DNA of 48,256 bases from a virus (IMGVR_UViG_3300027833_000012:1-48256), one strand, 5' to 3'; counted from the stretch's first letter, positions 18,973-26,323 are shown. Notes: generated by a model from the sequence alone, not told the origin. Program-made: numbers and translations.

Positions 18973-19044
18973 AGCGAGAAAGGAATTTCGAAATCCCGAC
19001 CTTCTGATTGGTAACCAGACGCTCTGCCTCTGAGCTATTCTCGC
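18973..19044 (-). tRNA. tRNA-Gly(ACC), A34 anticodon
   Basis: Gly-type body GCGAGAATAGCTCAG...TTCTCGC-U73; loop TTACCAA. Confidence 0.75.
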
Positions 19045-19094
19045 ATTTCTAATTCTACGCTCGTCCAAAGGAGTCTATGAATTAGTAACAGTCT

Positions 19095-19730
19095 TCACTC
19101 CTTTTTCATTTTTCGACCCAATCTCCAGCCTTCTGGAATTAAATCGCCTTTATTTATTTTCTTACTTTCAACTTCATTGGTAATCCAACACTTACCGAAT
19201 TGAGAATTATTTGACCCAACATTTTTAGACTTCCTCATCTTCTTTTTAGTTTCCTCACTATGTAATTTACCTTTAAATGTTGCTAATCTACCTTTTAAAG
19301 CTTTTTTAACTTTTTCTTTATATTTTGGGTCTTTATGCAAATTTTTAGTTATTTCACTTTTAATTTTCCTACCTTCATCACTTTTCCAAAATATATTACC
19401 AGCTTCAGAACATTTTTTCTGATGTTCTTCATCCCTAAAACCACCTTGACCACCTACTCTTAGATTCATACAGTCAACCTTTGCAATCTCGTTAAGATTA
19501 ACTATTTCTTCTTCTCTAGATTTTAAAATTTCTCTAGTTTCACAATACTCAAGTATTTCACTAATGAAATTATCTTTTCCATGTTTTCTAATAGCTAATT
19601 TAATTCTATTTCCACTACCTAAATAACCATCATCTAAGTTATCTGTACTATGCATCCCTATATAATATTTACCACTTAATACGTTTGTGGTTTTATATAT
19701 GAAGTGATACTTTTTTTCTTTTCTTGCCAT
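19095..19730 (-). mobile_element. free-standing Seg-like GIY-YIG homing endonuclease with NUMOD3-like motif, inserted in the tRNA array
   Basis: FIYKTTN...YYIGMH...YLGSG...AIRKHGKDNF..EILE; HSEETKKKMRKSK...NSQFG. Confidence 0.88.
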
Positions 19731-19789
19731 ATCTATCTTTTACAATAAATATGCAGAAAAACGTTAAAAGTACAAAAACGTGTCTAAAG

Positions 19790-19871
19790 TGGGCCCAGAG
19801 GGATTCGAACCCCCAATGTCTTTCGACCACAGATTTACAATCTGCTGAGCGACCAGTTGCTCAATGAACCC
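19790..19871 (-). tRNA. tRNA-Tyr(GTA)
   Basis: GCAGA-TTGTAAA-TCTGT arm, class II variable arm. Confidence 0.9.
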
Positions 19872-19882
19872 ATTTAATATTG

Positions 19883-19954
19883 AGCTGATATCCAAAATCG
19901 AATTGGAATTTCTACCATACCAAGGTAGCGTAATAGCCGTTATACTATACCAGC
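19883..19954 (-). tRNA. tRNA-Thr(GGT)
   Basis: CTACC-TTGGTAT-GGTAG arm. Confidence 0.85.
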
Positions 19955-19959
19955 ATTTG

Positions 19960-20030
19960 TACCCCCTAACGGTATTGAACCGATTTCCCCTATTTAAAAG
20001 ATAGGTGCTTCACCTTAAAGCTTAGAAGGC
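19960..20030 (-). tRNA. tRNA-Lys(TTT)
   Basis: CCTAT-CTTTTAA-ATAGG arm (U31-A39). Confidence 0.88.
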
Positions 20031-20036
20031 GTATTG

Positions 20037-20124
20037 TCCGAGAGGTGGGACTCGAACCCACGGTGGAGTCATTAACTCGTCTGGTTAAAAGCCAGGACCG
20101 TTCGCCAACTACGGATACTCTCGG
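20037..20124 (-). tRNA. tRNA-Lys(TTT) with long variable arm
   Basis: CTGG-CTTTTAA-CCAG arm followed by a GAGT-TAATG-ACTC variable hairpin; 88 nt. Confidence 0.78.
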
Positions 20125-20130
20125 ATATTG

Positions 20131-20212
20131 TGGGTCCAGAGGGATTCGAACCCCCAACGCCTTTCGGCCACAAATTTACAGTCTGCTGAGCGACCAGTTG
20201 CTCAATGAACCC
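20131..20212 (-). tRNA. tRNA-Tyr(GTA)
   Basis: Loop CTGTAAA; paralogue of 19790..19871. Confidence 0.9.
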
Positions 20213-20233
20213 ATTTATTTCACAAATTATTTG

Positions 20234-20304
20234 TCGATAGACCAGGAGTTAAACCTGGACCTACACCCCCAATGGATGTCGCACTGTCATTATACTATCT
20301 ATCG
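20234..20304 (-). tRNA. tRNA-like gene, undetermined (Pro-like C1-G72/A73; loop CATTGGG)
   Basis: Acceptor, D and T stems pair; A33 and T-loop TTTAACT are non-canonical. Confidence 0.5.
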
Positions 20305-20309
20305 AATTG

Positions 20310-20380
20310 TTACCCTCACGAGATTCGAACTCATACAACAAAAGTCAAAGTTTTGTATGCTACCATTACATCAGAGGGCA
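20310..20380 (-). tRNA. tRNA-Gln(TTG)
   Basis: CAAAA-CTTTGAC-TTTTG arm, U1-A72. Confidence 0.88.
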
Positions 20381-20386
20381 AAATAG

Positions 20387-20486
20387 AGTAGAAAGGGGGA
20401 TTCGAACCCGTAGTTATATTGAGTACTCTTTAACTACACCCACTTGGAACCTCGATGTTCCCGTGCTATCATTACACTATTTCTAC
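20387..20486 (-). tRNA. tRNA-like gene, undetermined (6-nt loop ATCGAG, very long variable arm)
   Basis: GTAGAAA/TTTCTAC acceptor, GGAAC/GTTCC stem, GTAGTTA/TAACTAC variable hairpin, GGTTCGAATCC T-arm. Confidence 0.5.
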
Positions 20487-20491
20487 ATTTG

Positions 20492-20561
20492 TCTAATGGG
20501 ACAGATTCGAACTGTCGTACTTCAGATACCAAATCTGACATGACCCTGGCTTCGCCACTAG
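20492..20561 (-). tRNA. tRNA-Pro(TGG), divergent D-arm
   Basis: TCAGA-TTTGGTA-TCTGA arm, C1-G72, A73. Confidence 0.72.
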
Positions 20562-20620
20562 ATAATTTTAATTCTACGCTTAAACTTCAAGATTCCTATG
20601 AATTAATAACAGTCTACTAG

Positions 20621-20695
20621 TCGAATAGAGAGGACTCGAACCTCCATGATGTCCTAGTCCCAAACTAGGCGACTTACCAATTAGTCCACTACTCG
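20621..20695 (-). tRNA. tRNA-Pro(TGG)
   Basis: CCTAG-TTTGGGA-CTAGG arm, C1-G72, A73. Confidence 0.9.
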
Positions 20696-20704
20696 AATTA
20701 TTTG

Positions 20705-20800
20705 TCGGGGGTATGGGATTCGAACCCATGGCAAATACGAACAGCGTACCCGCACTGGTTTCCAAGACCAGCCACTTCAACCTTACTCGTGCAACCCCCG
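20705..20800 (-). tRNA. tRNA-Pro(TGG) with long variable arm
   Basis: CTGGT-CTTGGAA-ACCAG arm, C1-G72/A73, ~25-nt variable hairpin GCGGGTACG...CGTATTTGC. Confidence 0.7.
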
Positions 20801-20890
20801 ATAATTACACTTCCACGTCATTGGTATAGTGCGAACCCAATTGTTATTTTATTATTCCAATATGTCAATGAACTACTTATTATTAAACGC

Positions 20891-20926
20891 AAAAAACCCA
20901 GTTAAAATTTTTATCTTAACTGGGCT
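20891..20926 (-). terminator. attenuator terminator of tRNA operon 1
   Basis: GCCCAGTTAA...TTAACTGGGT plus T-run; leader segment GACTGGGT (20998-21005) can pair with its 5' arm. Confidence 0.85.
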
Positions 20927-20958
20927 TCTTTATCGTATTTTTTTTTGGTTTAAATGAA

Positions 20959-21066
20959 TTAACCAATTAATTCATCACTTCCTTTTTTATACAACTCACC
21001 CAGTCTGCTCGGCTTTTGGCCTTGCGGATACTGTTTCCCTTGATATGTCGTTGTATAATTTTTCAT
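20959..21066 (-). CDS. leader peptide 1, MKNYTTTYQGKQYPQGQKPSRLGELYKKGSDELIG (35 aa)
   Basis: Lies between promoter 21112 and terminator 20891; codons 2-19 are 17/18 K/Y/T/Q/G/P, the tRNA species found downstream. Confidence 0.85.
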   Translation of the reverse strand: MKNYTTTYQGKQYPQGQKPSRLGELYKKGSDELIG

Positions 21067-21111
21067 CTTAATTTTTCTTTATGGGTTTATACCCTTTGTT
21101 AATATATATGA

Positions 21112-21119
21112 CAAAGATA
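21112..21119 (-). promoter_or_regulatory. TATCTTTG promoter of tRNA operon 1, with upstream TTGACAAA
   Basis: About 60 nt near-identical to the promoter at 35699. Confidence 0.82.
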
Positions 21120-21206
21120 CTAAAAGTTATCTAATTTGTCAAGTTTTTTTTAATTTATTTTTTAATTTATTTATAATTCACTGACTATCAGTTTATTATA
21201 TCTTTG

Positions 21207-21280
21207 TAGCGAGAGTCGGATTCGAACCGACGACCTCCAGATTATGAGCCTGGCGAGCTGACCTACTGCTCTATCTCGCA
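21207..21280 (-). tRNA. tRNA-Met(CAT), initiator-like
   Basis: Unpaired 1:72, fMet-type D-arm TAGAGCAG..GG..AGCTCG, loop CTCATAA. Confidence 0.85.
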
Positions 21281-21286
21281 ATTTAG

Positions 21287-21359
21287 TAGCGGGGGTAGGA
21301 TTCGAACCTACGACCTCCAGATTATGAGCCTGGCGAGCTAACCACTGCTCTACCCCGCA
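21287..21359 (-). tRNA. tRNA-Met(CAT), initiator-like
   Basis: Paralogue of 21207..21280. Confidence 0.85.
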
Positions 21360-21365
21360 ATTTTG

Positions 21366-21539
21366 TTGCCACGATGGGAATCGAACCCACTGCCTCTTCC
21401 TCCAACGGAAGCGAGCTTTGTATTTTTAAAGTTAGCTAAATTCAATTTAGTGATTTGCAACTCACCTCGTTTAAAAACTAACAGTTACTGAATACTTTGC
21501 AATTATATTCAGAGAAATACCCCAATGCTCCACATGACG
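21366..21539 (-). ncRNA. tRNA-Pro-like RNA with a ~110-nt structured insertion in the D-loop
   Basis: CGTCATG/CGTGGCA acceptor, GAGC...GCTC D-stem enclosing the insertion, CTTCC-GTTGGA-GGAAG arm, GTGGG-TTCGATT-CCCAT T-arm. Confidence 0.6.
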
Positions 21540-21550
21540 AATTTATTTAG

Positions 21551-21626
21551 CAGTAATAATCAGACTCGAACTGATACCTTGACAACCCATGTCGCCCTAT
21601 GCTATGACACACAACACCCTATTACT
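21551..21626 (-). tRNA. tRNA-like gene, undetermined (loop CATGGG)
   Basis: AGTAATA/TATTACT acceptor and canonical T-arm; anticodon loop not 7 nt. Confidence 0.5.
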
Positions 21627-21739
21627 AGTTTAGACAGCGGAGGAACATTTTAATTAAAGACTCCGATAGTTCTTTGTTTGTCTCTTATCTTTAATGTAGG
21701 GTCCGAGGACCATCGACTAACATTTAAGACGTATTCTTA

Positions 21740-21810
21740 GTAGAGTATACGGATTTGATACCATATTTCCAACTTTAATAGGTTGGCGACTTACTTAGTC
21801 GAGTACTCTA
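21740..21810 (-). tRNA. tRNA-like gene, undetermined (8-nt loop CTATTAAA)
   Basis: TAGAGTA/TACTCTA acceptor, GACT/AGTC D-stem, CCAAC/GTTGG stem, degenerate T-loop. Confidence 0.45.
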
Positions 21811-21814
21811 TTTC

Positions 21815-22600
21815 TTAGCTTGAGTGTTAAGCTTTGATGTTACCATTTTTAACTGTTTCCAGTCTATCACACACCTTCAATTTCTATCTGGTAGATAACA
21901 TTAAGTTGACCTCAGAGTGGTCATTACTCTTTTACATATCCTTATATAAACACTTTCGACACCCAGTCTCCTTGCGAGAGTTAAAAGGGGCTAACCTTCT
22001 ACTTATGACATCTAATTGTTGTTTTAACTTCAACCTTGAGAGTATCCATTATCTATATATTACAACAGAATAACTTAATTTTCAAGATATGTCTATCAGA
22101 ACTTTTTCTTACCAATGTTAATTTTTTAAACAAAATTTTATCTTAATAAGTTCCCTCACAGTTCAGAGTGTGTCTGATAGTTGACATTCGTGCTACCTTT
22201 TGAGTAGTTTAGAATACGACACTCCGATGTAATGTTTTACCATCACGTCAATTAAATTACTTCAAACATACGTGAGCCCTACCGAAGTAGGTAACCCACA
22301 GTTATCCCATAACCTTTCATGATGATTTCAGCTTAATATTTTTTAAATCTTCAGCCGAAATCTAACTACTTATTTATTGATTATTTCTAATCTCAAACCT
22401 CTGAGTTAAAGGTTAAGTGACTCCTAACAGTGTTATCTCGTCACCCATCGTAGCTTGCTTACCTGGATTATAAGCTCCCTCCGAAGAGTTAGCCTTATAA
22501 CGCAATAACACATCCACACTAAGCTTCACGTATTATCACTTTATCCCATCACTGGTTTATCCTTTTGTTACCCGAAGGTAACTGGAGCATAAGCACCCCA
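21815..22600 (-). ncRNA. large (~790 nt) structured non-coding RNA
   Basis: No minus-strand ORF in the ORF track, higher GC than flanks, UUCG and GNRA hairpins, 5'/3' long-range pairing, tandem promoters upstream. Confidence 0.7.
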
Positions 22601-22638
22601 ATATTTTCAATATTTTAATGAACTTTTTATTTCTCTTA

Positions 22639-22731
22639 CAAAGATACTAATTTTTTTATTAGTATGCAAGTTTTTTTTAAACTTTTTTTTTGTAATTTAA
22701 ATAACCTTTTTTTATTTCTTTTACAAAGATA
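22639..22731 (-). promoter_or_regulatory. tandem TATCTTTG promoters (22639-22646 and 22724-22731) for the ncRNA/tRNA-Met unit
   Basis: Two -7 boxes with upstream TTGCAT/TTGACA; boxA-like AGTTCATTAAAATATTG follows. Confidence 0.75.
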
Positions 22732-22771
22732 CTAAACTTTATCCGTTTTGTCAAGTTTTTTTTAAACTTTT

Positions 22772-23485
22772 TTACAAAATATTTTTAATATCCATTAATA
22801 TACCTCTTAATTCCCTTATTTTATCGATGTTTAAGGTATCTCTAAAGGCGTGTAATTCTTTAAACATCAAGTTATTATCTTCATCAAATAACTTTTTCCA
22901 ATCATTATAGACTCCTTGTAGTTCTGGTTTTTCTTTAACTAACCTTTCAAATCCTGGTACGTTAATTTCACCACCTCTAAATATTTCAGAGTTTTGAATT
23001 TTACTTTGGTCAATATTACCTTGACTATCCATAATATTTTTACTATCCATGAAAGCTTGTTCAACTTCTGATGGACTTAAGTTTGGGTCCATTAGGATTT
23101 CTTCTTGAAATTTGTTTAGAACTGGAGTTAGAGCTGAGTCACCTAGTACTGGTTTTATCAATTCTTCAAACGATTCTAATTTCTTATTAACTAGTTTTCT
23201 TTTTTTAATGAGTATCATATCTTGAGTTGTCTTTGTTATGATATCATCTATATGTTTTGCTAGTTGGTTGTTATAAAAATTCTTATGCCATTCTCTAAAG
23301 TTTGGTCCTAATTCATCTGATTTTTCATTCCAATCAAATTTATTAGTATAATTATCATATTCATCCAATGTACTCTTAATTTCATCTGGTAACTTTGTGA
23401 AATCAAATAAAGGTGCGTTATCATCTTCATTTAGTTTAATTCCAGAAAGTTTTTTAAACTCTCTTAATAATTTTCTCTTATCCAT
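22772..23485 (-). CDS. hypothetical protein with LLRE/LNE N-terminus (putative virion internal protein)
   Basis: MDKRKLLREFKKLSGIKLNED. Confidence 0.65.
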   Translation of the reverse strand: MDKRKLLREFKKLSGIKLNEDDNAPLFDFTKLPDEIKSTLDEYDNYTNKFDWNEKSDELGPNFREWHKNFYNNQLAKHIDDIITKTTQDMILIKKRKLVNKKLESFEELIKPVLGDSALTPVLNKFQEEILMDPNLSPSEVEQAFMDSKNIMDSQGNIDQSKIQNSEIFRGGEINVPGFERLVKEKPELQGVYNDWKKLFDEDNNLMFKELHAFRDTLNIDKIRELRGILMDIKNIL

Positions 23486-23487
23486 AT

Positions 23488-23829
23488 TTATTTTTTAAAA
23501 TACTTAAGTAATTTTTTAAAGAATGATATAATCTTATAGGTTTTTGGTTTATACTCTAAGTAATCTTCAGCTGTTAATTCATCTTCAATACCCTTAGTTA
23601 TTTTACTTATTAGTATTCTTTTTCTAATAGTAAATGGTTCAATCATTTGATATTGTTTATGTTCTTTAAAAACTAAGAGCCATTTATCAATTAAACCAAC
23701 TTCATCAATCTTAGATAATTTAAGCGTTTCACTTTCTCTATCTAGTAAAAGTAATAATGTTTTAACTTTTTTATCAAAATCTTTATCTTCGTTGAACTTA
23801 ACTTTTCTGTATTTACCTAAATCTAACAT
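23488..23829 (-). CDS. hypothetical protein
   Basis: 113-aa ORF behind the ATATTTAT motif. Confidence 0.6.
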   Translation of the reverse strand: MLDLGKYRKVKFNEDKDFDKKVKTLLLLLDRESETLKLSKIDEVGLIDKWLLVFKEHKQYQMIEPFTIRKRILISKITKGIEDELTAEDYLEYKPKTYKIISFFKKLLKYFKK

Positions 23830-23890
23830 ACTTTATAAAATTTAATTATTATTCTTTATACTAATAAATATATGGTATATAAGTATAACA

Positions 23891-24160
23891 TCATTTATTA
23901 GTGTCCTTATCTTTATTAGCCTTTATCATATCCCTAATTTTAGCAGCTTTTTCATATTCTTCAGACTTTATTGCGTTTGTAAGTTGGATATCTAAGGGGA
24001 TAGGTTTATCCCCAGGTGTGGATAACATGATAATCTTAACTAATTCCTTACCATCACTATTCCATTCTAATTTTTTGAACTCATATCCGTTCTCTTTAAA
24101 ATAACTTACTTTATCTGGTTCCCCTAAAGGTTCAAATAAATCATCGAAAAATTCATCCAT
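23891..24160 (-). CDS. small protein with C-terminal UVR (UvrB/UvrC) coiled-coil motif
   Basis: LDIQLTNAIKSEEYEKAAKIRDMIK. Confidence 0.75.
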   Translation of the reverse strand: MDEFFDDLFEPLGEPDKVSYFKENGYEFKKLEWNSDGKELVKIIMLSTPGDKPIPLDIQLTNAIKSEEYEKAAKIRDMIKANKDKDTNK

Positions 24161-24163
24161 AAT

Positions 24164-24997
24164 TTAATGTTTCATCATTTTATCGTCAATTTCTTGTACT
24201 AAATTTAAGTGTTCTAAACCAAATTCTTTCCAAGCTAACCCCATTTCTTTAAGGTCGTAGTGTGCTACAATTGTTGCATATTCTCTATTATTTAAATCTG
24301 GATAACCAACAACATAAATACTATCCGCTAATTCAACTGCTAATCTTAATTCATGTGTTGAATAGATTATAGTGTTTAATTCATGGTCTTCTTTTATTAA
24401 TTCAAATGATTTTTTAACATCTCTTATATTACCGACATCTAACCCACTAAATGGTTCATCTAATACCATGAAGTGTCCAGATGTTAATATTTGTTCTATT
24501 ATGGCGGTCCTTTGTCTTTGACCACCAGATAACTCACATGGGTATTGTTTCCTTTGATTTTCAAGACCCCATTCACCTAAATATTTATTTATTGTATTAG
24601 TTTTTTCCTCCTTAGTCATATTACTATTCCTTAAGGCATAATTAAATATTTGTTCAACAGTCTTATGTCTAAATAGAGTGTATTTTTGGTCTACAAAGCC
24701 AACATCACCTTCACTTACAATCTTAGCATCATTAGTTTCTAAGGTATCTATTTCGGTTATTAATACTTCACCATTCTTAGGTTTAACAAGACCAGTTAAA
24801 GCTTTAAATAACGTAGATTTACCTCTTCCAGACCTACCTACTATTGCAATTACTTGTCCAGTGGTGTGACCTTCTCTAACAACATCTTTTTCTACTAGAT
24901 TAACATCCTTTAAAACAACCTTATAGTCTGAACCTTCACCATACCCTAATTCAACATTATCCAAGTAAAGTATTGTATCTTTTAATTCGTATTTCAT
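24164..24997 (-). CDS. ABC transporter ATP-binding protein (NitT/TauT-like)
   Basis: GRSGRGKST, LSGGQRQR, LDEPFSGLD, H-switch STHE. Confidence 0.92.
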   Translation of the reverse strand: MKYELKDTILYLDNVELGYGEGSDYKVVLKDVNLVEKDVVREGHTTGQVIAIVGRSGRGKSTLFKALTGLVKPKNGEVLITEIDTLETNDAKIVSEGDVGFVDQKYTLFRHKTVEQIFNYALRNSNMTKEEKTNTINKYLGEWGLENQRKQYPCELSGGQRQRTAIIEQILTSGHFMVLDEPFSGLDVGNIRDVKKSFELIKEDHELNTIIYSTHELRLAVELADSIYVVGYPDLNNREYATIVAHYDLKEMGLAWKEFGLEHLNLVQEIDDKMMKH

Positions 24998-25764
24998 ATT
25001 TTTGAGTATCTAAATGTTATTTTTCTAAATTTAGTGATTAATGTGTCCATACCAACACCTACTAATAATATCACAATTTGTAGGGCCACTATTCTACCGT
25101 GATTACCTAACTTATCTGAATTCTTAATTAAAAAACCAAGACCACCAGAAGCAACCATAATGCTCTCAACTGTTACTAACATCATCCACACTATTGCTAA
25201 GTTCTGTCTTATTATTTCCACTACATGGTCAAATCTACCCTTAATTACAACTTCCCATAGTATTTCCCACCTACTACAACCTAAAGCCCTAGCATGGTCA
25301 AATTCTCTATCCTCAATATCATTTAACATAGATATTAATGAGGTTATTAAGTAAGTTGTCATAAATATAACTAAGACACCAATTTGAACATCTCTACCAC
25401 TACTTAGTATTATTGTTATGTAAAATGCCACACCAGCTAATGGTAAGTAACGACAACTAGATATAAATTTACCTATTGGTTTTAATATTGGTATTGTTGT
25501 TGAGTAAGCAAAAAATAATGCTACTACTATCGATATAACTACGGCTCTTAAACAAAGCCATATAGAGCTAAATAAATGTGTGACTAACCCTTCATTCCAA
25601 AGTCCAATAAAACCCTCACCTACTTGAGATAAGGTAGGAAACATGTGTCTATCACCTAGACTATATACGGACCAAATAACCAATATAAATAATAACCAAA
25701 CTAATTGTATGGTTAAACTTTTACTTTTACTAACCTTTTCAAAAGGTCTTAATATTTTTTTCAT
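24994..25764 (-). CDS. ABC transporter permease (NitT/TauT-like)
   Basis: Multi-TM; EFDHARALGCSRWEILWEVVI EAA-like loop. Confidence 0.85.
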   Translation of the reverse strand: MKKILRPFEKVSKSKSLTIQLVWLLFILVIWSVYSLGDRHMFPTLSQVGEGFIGLWNEGLVTHLFSSIWLCLRAVVISIVVALFFAYSTTIPILKPIGKFISSCRYLPLAGVAFYITIILSSGRDVQIGVLVIFMTTYLITSLISMLNDIEDREFDHARALGCSRWEILWEVVIKGRFDHVVEIIRQNLAIVWMMLVTVESIMVASGGLGFLIKNSDKLGNHGRIVALQIVILLVGVGMDTLITKFRKITFRYSKI

Positions 25765-25822
25765 ATTATTTATTCTTTATACAAATATAACACTTATTTA
25801 TTTACTGTGCAACTATTTTAAC

Positions 25823-25850
25823 AAAAAAAGCTACCATATAGGTAGCTTTT
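25823..25850 (-). terminator. intrinsic terminator
   Basis: AAAAGCTACC-ATATA-GGTAGCTTTT. Confidence 0.75.
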
Positions 25851-25867
25851 TATTTAGTATTTAATTA

Positions 25868-26323
25868 TTATAAGTTTAAATAAACTCCTGGACTTACATA
25901 CACAGTACCATTCCAGTTAGAAACTTGAACAAATGTTCCAAAATCTTTAAATTCTTTACTTATACCTAACCCATATTCAATGAACACATCACCTCTACCG
26001 AAAAAACTACCTACACCAGCTAATGCAAATCCATCTACATAACCTAATGATGTTGACACTGCGACTTTACCTTCATAGAAATATTCTCCAATTGTATCAG
26101 CAGTACTAAAACTATTTAACCCAGTTACAACAGCGAAAGATAGATTTTCATACATAACACCTAATTCGATTGATGCACATGACATTTCAGAAAATGTTGA
26201 GTCCGTACCATTATCATTACCAATGGATACACCAGTTGATATATAAGGACTTAATTTACTTTCACTTTGTGCTAATGATATTGTACTAATTAATAAAGTT
26301 AAAATTACTATTAAATTTTTCAT
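25868..26323 (-). CDS. putative small outer-membrane beta-barrel protein
   Basis: Signal peptide, alternating beta-strand pattern, C-terminal GVYLNL. Confidence 0.55.
   Translation of the reverse strand: MKNLIVILTLLISTISLAQSESKLSPYISTGVSIGNDNGTDSTFSEMSCASIELGVMYENLSFAVVTGLNSFSTADTIGEYFYEGKVAVSTSLGYVDGFALAGVGSFFGRGDVFIEYGLGISKEFKDFGTFVQVSNWNGTVYVSPGVYLNL

Noticed and set aside
20568-20615. Theta/HDV-like ribozyme 3' of tRNA-Pro
   Set aside because: No P1 partner strand or nested pseudoknot could be found.
20705-20800. tRNA-Ser(GGA) reading of the long-arm tRNA
   Set aside because: The 5-bp stem CTGGT/ACCAG fixes the loop as CTTGGAA (anticodon TGG), and C1-G72/A73 fit Pro rather than Ser (G73).
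21199-21206. Plus-strand TATCTTTG as an antisense promoter into tRNA-Met genes
   Set aside because: Single match with no clear -33 element or transcript context; plausible by chance in AT-rich DNA.
21815-22600. Large ncRNA as tmRNA, RNase P RNA or rRNA fragment
   Set aside because: No tRNA-like ends with tag ORF, no GAGGAAAGUCC/P4 motif, and no rRNA conserved blocks recognised.
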